From positions 5,572 to 69,571 of the forward strand of contig CAXBNV010000002.1 of assembly GCA_963977185.1 (NCBI GenBank): a DNA stretch of 64,000 bases. Reading direction: 5' to 3'. This document shows, in pieces, positions 1-10,000 of this stretch. The stretch's first letter is position 1. Every line of letters begins with the position of its first letter. This stretch comes from an uncultured Gammaproteobacteria bacterium. GTDB lineage: Bacteria > Pseudomonadota > Gammaproteobacteria > JAGOUU01. Below the pieces are notes generated by a model that was given only the letters and a program-made list of their open reading frames with translations, had not been told where the DNA came from and did no database searches. Made by a program: the position numbers and the translations under genes.

Positions 1-1567
1 CATTCTCAAATAAAACATCATAACTTTTATTATCATTATAATAACCACTAAATATAATTTGAAAAATAGATCTTGTATCTTTAATAAATATTCTTTCAAA
101 TAATAAGTCTTGAAAGATTTTTGTAATTACTGAGATAGAAACTTGATCCATTATCTTATTTTGAATATTATTTGAATTATTTTTTTTATACTTTAATAGT
201 AATTCTTCTGCTTCTTTATATCCAAAAATTTCATAAGCATAAAGTATAATAATATTACTCAAGTTTTTAAAAATAATTTTATTTATATCCATATTTTTAT
301 TAATATCTTCAGAAAAAACTACTACTCCGTTTATATAAATTTTGTAATTATTATAAGGTAAATTTAAATTATCTTTAATTTTTATAGCGGGAATTAAAAA
401 ACCAATATAATTTGATATTTTTTTTCTTAAAACAGTTATATTATCAATAAATTTTTGATGATTTTTACTTATTGCACTTATAACATTAAAACCTAGCTCT
501 AATGTTATTACATCCATATCATCTATATCGTCCCATGAAAAATTTTTAACATCTTTAGTTTCTTGATTAGTATCTGTTGTTAAATCTTTTTTATTTACAA
601 TATTTTTAGCTCTCTTTTTATTTTTAATAAAATAAGCATAACTAAATAATAAAGAACTAGAGCCTATAAATATAAGTTTTGGCATGCCTGGCATTAATCC
701 TAATAGCAAGATAATACTTGCTGTGATATAAATTACTTTAGGTTCATCTGTGATTTGCTCGATGAAATTTTCTGATAATTGCTCATCTTTTGAAACTCTA
801 GTTACCATAATTGCAGCAGCAATGGAAAGTAACAAAGCAGGTACCTGAGCGACTAAACCATCGCCAATTGTTAATAAACTGTAATTTCTTACTGCATCAG
901 TTATAGACAAATCATACTGCATTGTTCCTATTAAAACTCCTGCAAATAAATTAACAAATAAAATTAAAATACCAGCAACAGCATCCCCTCTTACAAATTT
1001 ACTAGCACCATCCATTGCTCCATAAAATTCTGATTCAGTTTCAAGATCTTGCCTTTTTTGTTTTGCTTCATCTTTGCTAATAATCCCTGAGTTTAAATCT
1101 GAATCAACAGCCATTTGTTTTCCAGGTAATGCATCTAAAGTAAATCTTGCGCTTACCTCTGAAACTCTAGTCGCCCCTTTAGTTATTACTATAAAATTAA
1201 TTATTATTAAAATAGCAAATATAGCAAAACCTACAGCATAATTACCCCCTATTAATACCGTTCCAAATGCTTCTATAACCTGCCCTGCGGCAGCTTCTCC
1301 ATTGTACCCATTTAATAAAACAACTCGTGTTGAAGCGACATTTAAAGCAAGACGCAACAAAGTTGCTAATAATAAAATAGTTGGGAAAACACTAAAATCA
1401 ACGGATTTTCTAGAAGATATCGCAACTAAAATAATGACCATAGAAAATGCGATATTAAAAGTAAATAAAAAATCTAGTAAAAAAGTCGGCATAGGTACTA
1501 GTAACATTGCCAATAATGCTACTAGTAAAAACGGTATACTATATGATTCTAACTTTATATTTTTCAT
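1..1567 (-). CDS. flhA: Flagellar/T3SS export-gate protein FlhA (SctV family). Only the N-terminal transmembrane region and the start of the cytoplasmic domain are present; the gene runs off the left edge of the window.
   Basis: The minus-strand reading frame is open from the ATG at 1567-1565 to position 1. My translation reads like the FlhA/InvA N-terminal region (e.g. ...LLATLLRLALNVASTRVVLLNGYNGEAAAGQVIEAFG...GATRVSEVSARFTLDALPGKQMAVDSDLNSG...FYGAMDGASKFVRGDAVAGILI...LLTIGDGLVAQVPALLLSIAAAIMVTRV...). It lies immediately downstream of flhB, whose TGA stop overlaps the ATG start (ATGA). Confidence 0.85.
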   Translation of the reverse strand, partial: MKNIKLESYSIPFLLVALLAMLLVPMPTFLLDFLFTFNIAFSMVIILVAISSRKSVDFSVFPTILLLATLLRLALNVASTRVVLLNGYNGEAAAGQVIEAFGTVLIGGNYAVGFAIFAILIIINFIVITKGATRVSEVSARFTLDALPGKQMAVDSDLNSGIISKDEAKQKRQDLETESEFYGAMDGASKFVRGDAVAGILILFVNLFAGVLIGTMQYDLSITDAVRNYSLLTIGDGLVAQVPALLLSIAAAIMVTRVSKDEQLSENFIEQITDEPKVIYITASIILLLGLMPGMPKLIFIGSSSLLFSYAYFIKNKKRAKNIVNKKDLTTDTNQETKDVKNFSWDDIDDMDVITLELGFNVISAISKNHQKFIDNITVLRKKISNYIGFLIPAIKIKDNLNLPYNNYKIYINGVVVFSEDINKNMDINKIIFKNLSNIIILYAYEIFGYKEAEELLLKYKKNNSNNIQNKIMDQVSISVITKIFQDLLFERIFIKDTRSIFQIIFSGYYNDNKSYDVLFEN

Positions 1568-2331
1568 TTTTTATTTTTTATAATTTGATTATATTTTTTA
1601 TTTCTTGCTCTTTTAATATCTGAATTTCCCTCTGTGTTTTTTTGTTCATCTTTAATCTCTTGATGACTCATTTCTAATTGCTTGTTGTAACTGTATATTC
1701 TATAAGGCATATCAAAAAAACTTATAATTAAAACTGTGATACTCAACCAAAATATTGTAATTAATATATAGTATATAGCATATAAAATACTAGAATTGAC
1801 CTCGCCATAAGAAAGCTCAAAAACATAACTTCTAAAAAAAACATACAAACCATAAGTAGATGCTAAAATAAAAGAAATTTTCACGAATAAAATTAATATT
1901 TCTAAAATACTTTTAAAAGAAAACATTTTTATAAGACCTTTAGTTATACTTACTCTTTCTAATTTAAATTTCATGCTATCAAAACTAAAACTAAACCCTC
2001 CTGGTATTAAATTAGCAAGAAAAACAACTATTAGTAATATTAAAAAATAAGGGACAATAGACTTTGCAATAAAAAATAAAGAAAATTTCAAATGATTTAT
2101 CATGCCTGTATTATCAAATAAAGATGCCCTATCTATTTGAAAGTTAAAATTTGCTAATTTATAAAAATCTTGATTAAAATAAAAATAAAAAATTAAACAT
2201 AAAAACCCGCAAAACAAAACTGCAAAACTACTAAAATCACGTGATCTAGGAATGTGACCTTTTTTTCTAGCCTCTTGTATTTTTTTATAAGAAGCCTGAG
2301 CTATTTTATCTTGTGACTGATCATTTTCCAT
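1564..2331 (-). CDS. flhB: Flagellar/T3SS export-gate protein FlhB (SctU family), naturally truncated. It keeps the N-terminal transmembrane domain and linker but lacks the C-terminal autocleaving NPTH domain.
   Basis: The N-terminus ...KIAQASYKKIQEARKKGHIPRSRDF matches FlhB ...RLEKAREEGQIPRSREL. There are four predicted TM segments. The end ...EMSHQEIKDEQKNTEGNSDIKRARNKK matches FlhB ...RMSRQDIRDEFKQSEGDPHVKGRIRQ, and the stop follows immediately. The protein is 255 aa versus about 380 aa for a full-length FlhB. Confidence 0.8.
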   Translation of the reverse strand: MENDQSQDKIAQASYKKIQEARKKGHIPRSRDFSSFAVLFCGFLCLIFYFYFNQDFYKLANFNFQIDRASLFDNTGMINHLKFSLFFIAKSIVPYFLILLIVVFLANLIPGGFSFSFDSMKFKLERVSITKGLIKMFSFKSILEILILFVKISFILASTYGLYVFFRSYVFELSYGEVNSSILYAIYYILITIFWLSITVLIISFFDMPYRIYSYNKQLEMSHQEIKDEQKNTEGNSDIKRARNKKYNQIIKNKK

Positions 2332-2334
2332 GTT

Positions 2335-3126
2335 TTATGAGAATATGCTATTTATTATATTTAAAATATCGTCTGAGAACTTTATAAAAAAATCAGAAAT
2401 GCCTCCTAATGTAATTATAAAAACTAATAATCCTATTATTAAAATAGCAGGAAATCCTACGGCAAATAAATTAAACTGTGGTGCAACTTTAGTAACTATA
2501 CCAAAAGTTATATTTACAATAAGTAAGGCACATATGGCCGGAAGCGCTAATAATAATCCCCCTGCAAAAATATAATACCCAAAAGAGACTATTTTCCAAA
2601 AAATATTTTTGTCAATTGATAATGAAGCCACATTAACATCATTGAAACTGGACTGTAAAATATTGATAATAAGCAGATGCCCATCTAGAGATAAATATAT
2701 TAAATAAACCATAATTAGATATATTTGACCCAATAAAGGCACATTGCCATCAGATCCACCAATACCTGATGATGATTCATTAACCTCTGCAAAACTTAAA
2801 AACGATTGGGAAGCCGTAATTTTACCGGCAAATAAAAACAACTGAAAAAACATCTGCATTATAAAGCCAATACTCACACCTACAATAAACTCTAATGCCA
2901 TCAAAATAAAACTTCTATATGAAAACAATTCTACTTGAGCGTTGTAATTTGAGCTTAAAACTGGCACTAATGCAAACGTTATAATTAATGCTATACCTAT
3001 TTTTACTTTATTATAAATATTTACAAAATTAAAAATTGGGGCAAATAAAAAAAAACCAATAACCCGGCAAAATGGATAAATAAAGCTATCTATGTATTGT
3101 AAAACTTCGCTTATATCAATATTCAT
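2335..3126 (-). CDS. fliR: Flagellar/T3SS export-gate protein FliR (SctT family)
   Basis: 263-aa polytopic membrane protein positioned between fliQ and flhB. Length and hydropathy are typical of FliR. Confidence 0.8.
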   Translation of the reverse strand: MNIDISEVLQYIDSFIYPFCRVIGFFLFAPIFNFVNIYNKVKIGIALIITFALVPVLSSNYNAQVELFSYRSFILMALEFIVGVSIGFIMQMFFQLFLFAGKITASQSFLSFAEVNESSSGIGGSDGNVPLLGQIYLIMVYLIYLSLDGHLLIINILQSSFNDVNVASLSIDKNIFWKIVSFGYYIFAGGLLLALPAICALLIVNITFGIVTKVAPQFNLFAVGFPAILIIGLLVFIITLGGISDFFIKFSDDILNIINSIFS

Positions 3127-3182
3127 TTTTTATAAAATTATTGTATTAAATACTAGCCTATTAAATATCAGCTTATTAAATA

Positions 3183-3452
3183 TTAACTTATTAAATAAGG
3201 TATATTGGTAATTAAATCTACAGAAAAATTAACCAAAGAATTTAATAACCAATTACCAGCAAAGATTAAAACTACAAACAATGTTATTAATTTTGGTACA
3301 AATGATAAAGTTATCTCATTTATCTGAGTTGCTGCTTGAAATACTGATATTATTAATCCAACTATTAAAGTTGGTATTAAAATAACACTAACCATTAGAA
3401 TAACTAGTGTTATAGCATTATAAAAAATATCCACAACTGTATCTGGTGTCAT
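3183..3452 (-). CDS. fliQ: Flagellar/T3SS export-gate protein FliQ (SctS family)
   Basis: 89-aa protein with two TM segments, positioned between fliP and fliR. This is the canonical FliQ size. Confidence 0.8.
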   Translation of the reverse strand: MTPDTVVDIFYNAITLVILMVSVILIPTLIVGLIISVFQAATQINEITLSFVPKLITLFVVLIFAGNWLLNSLVNFSVDLITNIPYLIS

Positions 3453-3464
3453 ATTTTATCCTTT

Positions 3465-4268
3465 TTAAACTCCAAAACTATTTGCCAAAGTTCCTATAAC
3501 CAATGTCCAGCCATCTACTAAAACAAAAAGCATTACTTTAAAAGGCAAGGATATAACAACAGGAGATAACATCATCATTCCCATAGCCATTAAAACACTT
3601 GCTATAACTAAATCTATTATTAAAAAAGGAATATAAAGAATAAATCCTATTTGGAATGAAGTTTTTAACTCACTTGTTACAAACGCAGGAATAATTACTG
3701 CTAAAGGTAAATTTTTTGGTTCAGTGATAGCCTCAGTCCCAGAAAGTCTTTGAAATAAAGCCAAATCATTAGCTCTTATTTGATTTAACATAAAACCACT
3801 TAAAGGCTCTTTTGCTTTATTAATAGCTTCACTAAATTCCATTTTTTCTTCTAAAAATGGAGTAAGAGCAGTTTCATTTATTTGAGTAATTACCGGCATC
3901 ATTATAAAAATACTCATAAAAATTGCTATGCCTATAATTATTCTATTAGTTGGAACTTGAGGTAATCCAATTGCTTGACGTAAAATAGCCAAGACGATGA
4001 ATATTCTTGTAAAAGACGTCATCATCATAATAATTGCAGGAATAAAAGATATTAGCGTCATCATAACTAACACTTGTAAAGTAACAGAATAAGTCTGTGT
4101 ACCATTTAAATTATTAGTTAAAGTTAAAGCCTCTAAATTTGGTGCGGCCGTTACTTGATTTATAAATAAACTAAAGCCAAAGATTGCAAATAAAGAAATA
4201 AAAAATCTTAAATAAGATTTTTTATTTTTATTTTTATTTTTATTTAAGTAAATTATATTTATTTTCAT
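3465..4268 (-). CDS. fliP: Flagellar/T3SS export-gate protein FliP (SctR family)
   Basis: 267-aa protein. A signal-peptide-like N-terminus is followed by conserved FliP-like TM helices (…[17 protein letters not shown]…[24 protein letters not shown]…). The N-terminus contains an NKNKNK low-complexity repeat encoded by an aaaaat repeat. Confidence 0.85.
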   Translation of the reverse strand: MKINIIYLNKNKNKNKKSYLRFFISLFAIFGFSLFINQVTAAPNLEALTLTNNLNGTQTYSVTLQVLVMMTLISFIPAIIMMMTSFTRIFIVLAILRQAIGLPQVPTNRIIIGIAIFMSIFIMMPVITQINETALTPFLEEKMEFSEAINKAKEPLSGFMLNQIRANDLALFQRLSGTEAITEPKNLPLAVIIPAFVTSELKTSFQIGFILYIPFLIIDLVIASVLMAMGMMMLSPVVISLPFKVMLFVLVDGWTLVIGTLANSFGV

Positions 4269-4301
4269 AATATCATCCTTGATATTATTAAGTTCTAATT
4301 A

Positions 4302-4742
4302 TTAATCTGTAACTGATTCTAATGATTGTTCTTGTTTTAAATCATAGCTATCAATTTTTTTTATATCATTTTGCGTCACAGACAAAAGATATTTTTTATA
4401 TTCTGTATTTACTAAAATTAATTTATTTTTAGCTGATAGTGACAATACAGCCTCTACTTGTAATTTATTACTGGTATATTTATTAAAAAAGCCTAATTTA
4501 TTATTTAAATAAGCCCCTGCAAAGATTACTATCAATACAAATCCTAATGCAAGGGCTAGCTGAGGAATAATATCAGATAAAATAGAGCGATGAATGGCTG
4601 CTTGTTTAACTTTACTATTACCATTTACTTGCTTTTCTATAGATAAATTAGCATTATTAGGTACAGCAAAAACAGGAAAAATCAAAGACATAAATGTTAT
4701 TAAAAATAATACCTGTAACATCCTTGTTAACTGATAATTCAT
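4302..4742 (-). CDS. fliO: Putative FliO-like small membrane protein
   Basis: 146-aa protein with a hydrophobic N-terminus and one central TM segment, lying immediately upstream of fliP in the same orientation. The call rests on position and size only. Confidence 0.45.
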   Translation of the reverse strand: MNYQLTRMLQVLFLITFMSLIFPVFAVPNNANLSIEKQVNGNSKVKQAAIHRSILSDIIPQLALALGFVLIVIFAGAYLNNKLGFFNKYTSNKLQVEAVLSLSAKNKLILVNTEYKKYLLSVTQNDIKKIDSYDLKQEQSLESVTD

Positions 4743-4934
4743 CGAAAATTCCTTATAATCTCTAAAAAGCTATAACCTATAGATTCGCTCCTTTAAAACT
4801 TCTACATTATTATTATTATATTTTATTATTGTTATAAAAGCTTTATAATCCGACTAAATTTATTTAAACTCTATATATAATTATATGCAGAAATACCAAA
4901 TATTGAAATGTTTTAGGTGATATTAAAACCTAAT

Positions 4935-5708
4935 TTAGGACCAGATAACGACTATAGCCATAATAGCAAAGCCTACCACAACAAAAGTAAACTCTTTGAA
5001 ATTACAACACTTTTCTATTAAAACAGAACGTGTAAGGCCATGCAAAGTGCCTATATATAAAAAAGTACCCGCTGCAAGAGAACTAAAAATAGGCTCTAAT
5101 ATATGATAATTTTTAACAGAATCTTGAACCATACTGCCAAATAAAATACCTAAAGGAGTCATTAAAACATAAATTATAAACAAAAAAAGCCCAAAACCTT
5201 TTGATATATAATTTTTAGTTATTTGCAAACTCAATGAAAAACTTTCTACCCATTTATGCGCAATAATAGCAATAAAGACTATTACAGCTAATGACATTTT
5301 TTCTCTTAAACCTAATGCTATACCTTCAAATAAAGAATGAAAAGACATCATTCCAACAGCAATGATTGCAAACAAAACACTTCGAGTACCATTATGTTCA
5401 CTAATTTCTCGAGCTATATGCTCTAAAGATAATAGAAATAAAAAAACTATTCCGGCAAGCAAATACGCATAAGGGTAATGCATTCCAAGACTAACGAACT
5501 CTTGATTTGCTTCGTTTAACATATGCAATAACGCAGCACCTAGAAAAAATCCACTTGCTAAAGCTTCAGCCGCAGGAAACTCAAAGCTATTTTTTTTAGA
5601 TAAAAAATGCTTTAGGGGTATTATACCTGCAATTAATGATGTTATCAGAATGATAAAAGCACTAAAAAGCTTAAAAGTAACTAAAGAATCTAGAGTATAT
5701 AAGTTCAT
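4935..5708 (-). CDS. zupT: ZIP-family divalent metal transporter (ZupT-like)
   Basis: 257-aa protein with about 8 TM segments. It has the HSLFEGIALG motif typical of ZIP transporters, together with His-rich loops. Confidence 0.65.
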   Translation of the reverse strand: MNLYTLDSLVTFKLFSAFIILITSLIAGIIPLKHFLSKKNSFEFPAAEALASGFFLGAALLHMLNEANQEFVSLGMHYPYAYLLAGIVFLFLLSLEHIAREISEHNGTRSVLFAIIAVGMMSFHSLFEGIALGLREKMSLAVIVFIAIIAHKWVESFSLSLQITKNYISKGFGLFLFIIYVLMTPLGILFGSMVQDSVKNYHILEPIFSSLAAGTFLYIGTLHGLTRSVLIEKCCNFKEFTFVVVGFAIMAIVVIWS

Positions 5709-5855
5709 TGAAGATGTTTCATTTCATTTCATGTTAAGAAAACTTAATATACTAATTAAAACTATGTATGTAAATATAAATACTTATAATTTCTTTTGTT
5801 ATTATGTTTTTAAGTTATAATATAACGATTTAATAGAAATACTGGAGATTTTTTC

Positions 5856-7013
5856 ATGGCTTTAGATAATAGAAGTTTTTTATTCACATCTGAATCTGTT
5901 TCAGAAGGCCACCCAGATAAAATAGCCGATCAAATATCAGATGCAATATTGGATGCCATACTTACTCAAGATAAACACTCTCGTGTGGCATGTGAAACTT
6001 TTGTTAAAACAGGTATGGTTCTTGTTGGCGGTGAAATTACAACAAAAGCATGGGTTGATATAGAAGAAATTGCAAGAGGAGTTATTAAAGAAATTGGTTA
6101 TACCAACCCTCAAATGGGTTTTGATTGGGAGTCATGCGCTGTTCTTACTGCAATAGGAAAACAATCTCAAGATATCTCCCAAGGAGTGGATGAGTTTGAT
6201 GATCATGCTCAAGGTGCAGGAGATCAAGGAATTATGTTTGGTTACGCATCAAATGAAACAGATGTATATATGCCTGCTCCAATATATTACGCTCATAAAT
6301 TAGTTAAGAAACAAGCTGACCTTAGAAAATCTAATAAAATTTCATGGTTAAGACCTGATGCTAAAAGTCAGGTTACTTTTAGATATGAAAATGGCAAACC
6401 TGTACATGTTGATACCGTGCTAATATCAACTCAACATAGTCCAGAAGTTACTCAACAACAAATAACAGAAACAGTAATAGAAGAAATTATCAAAACAACT
6501 ATCCCTGAAAATTTATTAGATTCTAAAACTAAATTTTTAGTAAATCCAACAGGCAGATTTGTTATTGGCGGTCCACAAGGTGATTGCGGTTTAACTGGCC
6601 GTAAAATAATAGTAGATACATATGGCGGCATGGCTCATCATGGCGGCGGCGCATTTTCTGGAAAAGATCCATCAAAAGTAGATAGATCAGCTGCGTATAT
6701 TTGTAGATATATTGCCAAAAACATAGTTGCAGCAAAACTTGCTGAAAAATGTGAAATTCAATTATCCTATGCAATAGGAGTTGCAGAACCTACTTCTATG
6801 TATATTAATACTTATGGAACCGGTAAAATTGCAGATGATAAAATTATCAATTTAATAGAAGAAAATTTAGACTTAACACCTAAAGGCATTATCGATAAAC
6901 TAGATTTACTAAGACCTATTTATCAAAAAACTGCTAGTTATGGTCATTTTGGACGTGATGAAAATGAATTTTCATGGGAAAAGCTAGATTTAGTTGAAAA
7001 ACTTGTCTTGTAA
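5856..7013 (+). CDS. metK: S-adenosylmethionine synthetase
   Basis: 385-aa protein with the signatures [22 protein letters not shown] and [19 protein letters not shown]. This is full-length MetK. Confidence 0.95.
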   Translation: MALDNRSFLFTSESVSEGHPDKIADQISDAILDAILTQDKHSRVACETFVKTGMVLVGGEITTKAWVDIEEIARGVIKEIGYTNPQMGFDWESCAVLTAIGKQSQDISQGVDEFDDHAQGAGDQGIMFGYASNETDVYMPAPIYYAHKLVKKQADLRKSNKISWLRPDAKSQVTFRYENGKPVHVDTVLISTQHSPEVTQQQITETVIEEIIKTTIPENLLDSKTKFLVNPTGRFVIGGPQGDCGLTGRKIIVDTYGGMAHHGGGAFSGKDPSKVDRSAAYICRYIAKNIVAAKLAEKCEIQLSYAIGVAEPTSMYINTYGTGKIADDKIINLIEENLDLTPKGIIDKLDLLRPIYQKTASYGHFGRDENEFSWEKLDLVEKLVL

Positions 7014-7025
7014 ATTACATCTAAT

Positions 7026-7059
7026 CCTAGCTATCTATAAATAATGGAAGATAGCTAGG
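7026..7059. terminator. Strong hairpin between convergent genes (metK and the 1033-aa gene), possibly a bidirectional terminator
   Basis: An 11-bp perfect inverted repeat (cctagctatct ... agatagctagg) with a 12-nt loop lies between the two convergent stop codons. There is no strong T-run. Confidence 0.4.
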
Positions 7060-7081
7060 CTAAGATTAATAAAAGCAAAAT

Positions 7082-10000
7082 TTAAGCAGTCGTTAATTTA
7101 GAATTTCTCCTTCCATGTTCAGGGCTAACAGATGGTGTAATGCCAGGGCTAGCAACAGACGCAGAATTAATAAAATATAATATCTCATTGAAAGTCGAAC
7201 CAGGCTCATCATTAAGAGCTTTAAATTTTTGAATGGCTTGCTTGAATATTTCTTGGTTATTATCTTTGTATTCTACTTGTGATTTTCCTGATAACGTTAA
7301 TGATAACTTATTTAAAAAAGAAACAATTTCTTCTTGTTTTTTATTTGTTAAATCTTTTACATCAACAAGATTATAATCATTCATTATAATCTTTATCTTT
7401 TCTGCATGTGATGGCACTTTTAATAATTGATTAACTTTAGCTATTATCTTATTTATATATTCTAAACGCTCACACAAAGTTCTGGTTATTATATTAATAT
7501 TACTAATATCTATATGAGATTCAGATAAATCTTTTTCACTTAGTAAAAAATATTTTCCACCACATAATTCTAATTCACTTCTATCATTTGATTTACCAGC
7601 TGGTGAAAACTTTTTTAAAAATCCAGATATATTTTCTACAACTAATCGAACTTCAACAAACCCAATTTTTTTGGTGATATCTTCAATTAAACTTGGGCGA
7701 TTTTGCATAGAAACAAACCCTTTTAATTGAACCCCATCAGGAAGAGCACTAATATCTAACCCTGTTTCTTCTTTTAACTCTCTTATAGCAGCATACTCTA
7801 CAGAACTATCTGTTGAATCAACATTGCCTCCAGGAGCCTTAATTCTACCTAATAATAATTCATCCTTTTTATGTAATTCTTGTACTGCAAAACTATAATA
7901 TCTCTCAGTTTCTCTTTCATAAATAACAACAACTGCAACTGCTGCTTTATAATTAGTTATATTTGTAGAAATTTCAATAGGAGTATTTGTTTCACTAATT
8001 CCCATACTTAATATAGGACTACATGCTCGTGCACTCGGGGGAAAACAACTACTGCTAAAGCTACCAAAACTATCAAAACTACCTTTAATTTGATTAAAGT
8101 GACTAGTATTTGATTGATCATAAAAAGAACACGTTAATTCATTGTATTCTGAATTATGTTCTGAAGTTTGCTTATTAAAAAAAGACTCCTCAAATTCATT
8201 AAATAAACTAATATTATCTTCATCTAAATAAGGAATAAAAACTCTATAAGTTTCAATCATTATATAAATGTTCTTAATAACATCTTCATTTAATATTCCA
8301 GGGTTAGTCAATAAATCTTGATATTTTTTTATATTTTCTTGCAGTTTATTACTTAAATCAACTATCATTTCTTTAGAAAAATCAGGTAAAGACACATTAT
8401 CATTTAAAATTATACCGTGCTCTATTGCAATTGATTTAAATTTTTCAATTATTTTTTTAATTCTTATAATCGCTCCAAATTGATCTTCATTAGAATATTT
8501 TGTTAAATATTTAGTTATTATAATTTTATATTTTTCAGTAAGCTGTGTTAAAAATTCCTGATATTTTTCTCGTATTTCATTATTATCTTTTAATTTTCCA
8601 ATACTATTTCTTAGATTAAAATCTATATCCTTTATTTCTTGATGAATATCTTTAACTTCTTGCTTTAACCTGCCATTTATATCATATACACCAATTCCAA
8701 TAGGATTGTGAATTAGCACAGGAGGTATTGATTTTAAATCTACTCCTAAAGGTACTTTAAGCTCTGGTCTTACAAATAATTTTAATAGATTAGCTGCAAA
8801 TTTGTCTTTTTTACATTGTGGACTTGATTTTATTTCATCGAAATTTGCAATAAATTCAGAACATACCTTATCACCGGTCGCTTCTCTAATCTGGCGTAAT
8901 TCATTTACTATAGTTAAAACGATAGAAGCAATAATGTTATCATCAAAAAATATTTCATCGGTAAATTTAACATTTCTAACTATATTCTTTGCTGTTTCTG
9001 TTTGTAATGACTCTGAATTAGAATAATATTGTACTCCCCATCTAAAAGCAGTTCCATCATTTCCTATATCTGTTATCTTTCTAATCAGCTCACCTGACTT
9101 TGTCTTTAATTCTCTAGTATTCTCTCTGGCAAAAGGATATGCTTGATCATGCATACTTAACCAGCTATTTTTTTCAAGGGATTTTAAATCAAAAACAATA
9201 GTTGATGTTCCATATCGAGTCTCTTCCATTTCGCCATACCCAGCAGTAACTCGAAAAAATGCAAAACCTTCGTTACCAAATTGGTCTTTATTAACATTCG
9301 AACTTTTCCCACTTAATAGCATACCGCCAAATGATGCACCAATACTTTTAGTGCTTCCTAACCAACTTTCTTTTTGTATAATCTGTGCTGCATCTGTTGC
9401 ATGAGTTGCTACCCATCGAACATCATGCATTAAAAATCTAGCTAAATCCCCATCTTTTTTATCTAAACCAATTAATCTATTTTTTAATGCTAAGATATTA
9501 ACTTTACTAATTTTTTTAACAAACTCTTCTTTATATTGGGATAATTCTTCTTTTGCTACTTTTTTTACAGCGCTGCAATTAGCAATAAAATTATAACACT
9601 CAGAAACACCCTCAACTTTATTTTTAGACGATAGATTCAACATTTTACTTGTTTCTGTTTGAAAATCAAAATCCACTGTTTTAGTGGCAATATCTATTCT
9701 AATTTTCTTTTCTTCCCAACCTAAAATATTTATAATTTTCAAGATAATTTCTTCATATCTAACAAAAATAGAATCAGTAGCTAATTTTATTTTTAATTTA
9801 GGATGTTGTAAGATATGCATGAAAACTATAATCTGCTCATCAGTTATGGGTCTAAATTTATCTTTTACATCAATCAAAGTCTTTAATATTAGATTCAGAT
9901 CTGCATTGTTAAAAGTATTAAAATAATCATATTTTTTGAGCTCTGTTACTAGGTCATTAAATATAGTAATCTCACTTTCTGGTAAATTTTTTCCTTTTTT

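Noticed and set aside
1302-1583. 93-aa plus-strand ORF
   Set aside because: It lies entirely inside flhA on the opposite strand and has no start context. It is a typical antisense artefact in AT-rich DNA.
1-4742. Interpreting the fliOPQR-flhBA cluster as a non-flagellar injectisome (SctRSTUV)
   Set aside because: The gene order, with sctV/flhA directly after sctU/flhB and fliO upstream, is the flagellar arrangement. The FlhA and FlhB sequences align best with flagellar paralogs. No needle, translocon or secretin genes are nearby. A stripped flagellar export core is therefore the more parsimonious reading.
5709-5855. Possible SAM riboswitch or MetJ box upstream of metK
   Set aside because: The leader is short (about 145 nt) and almost pure AT. 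It shows no conserved SAM-riboswitch helices and no AGACGTCT repeats.
6562-6774. 70-aa minus-strand ORF
   Set aside because: Antisense to metK.
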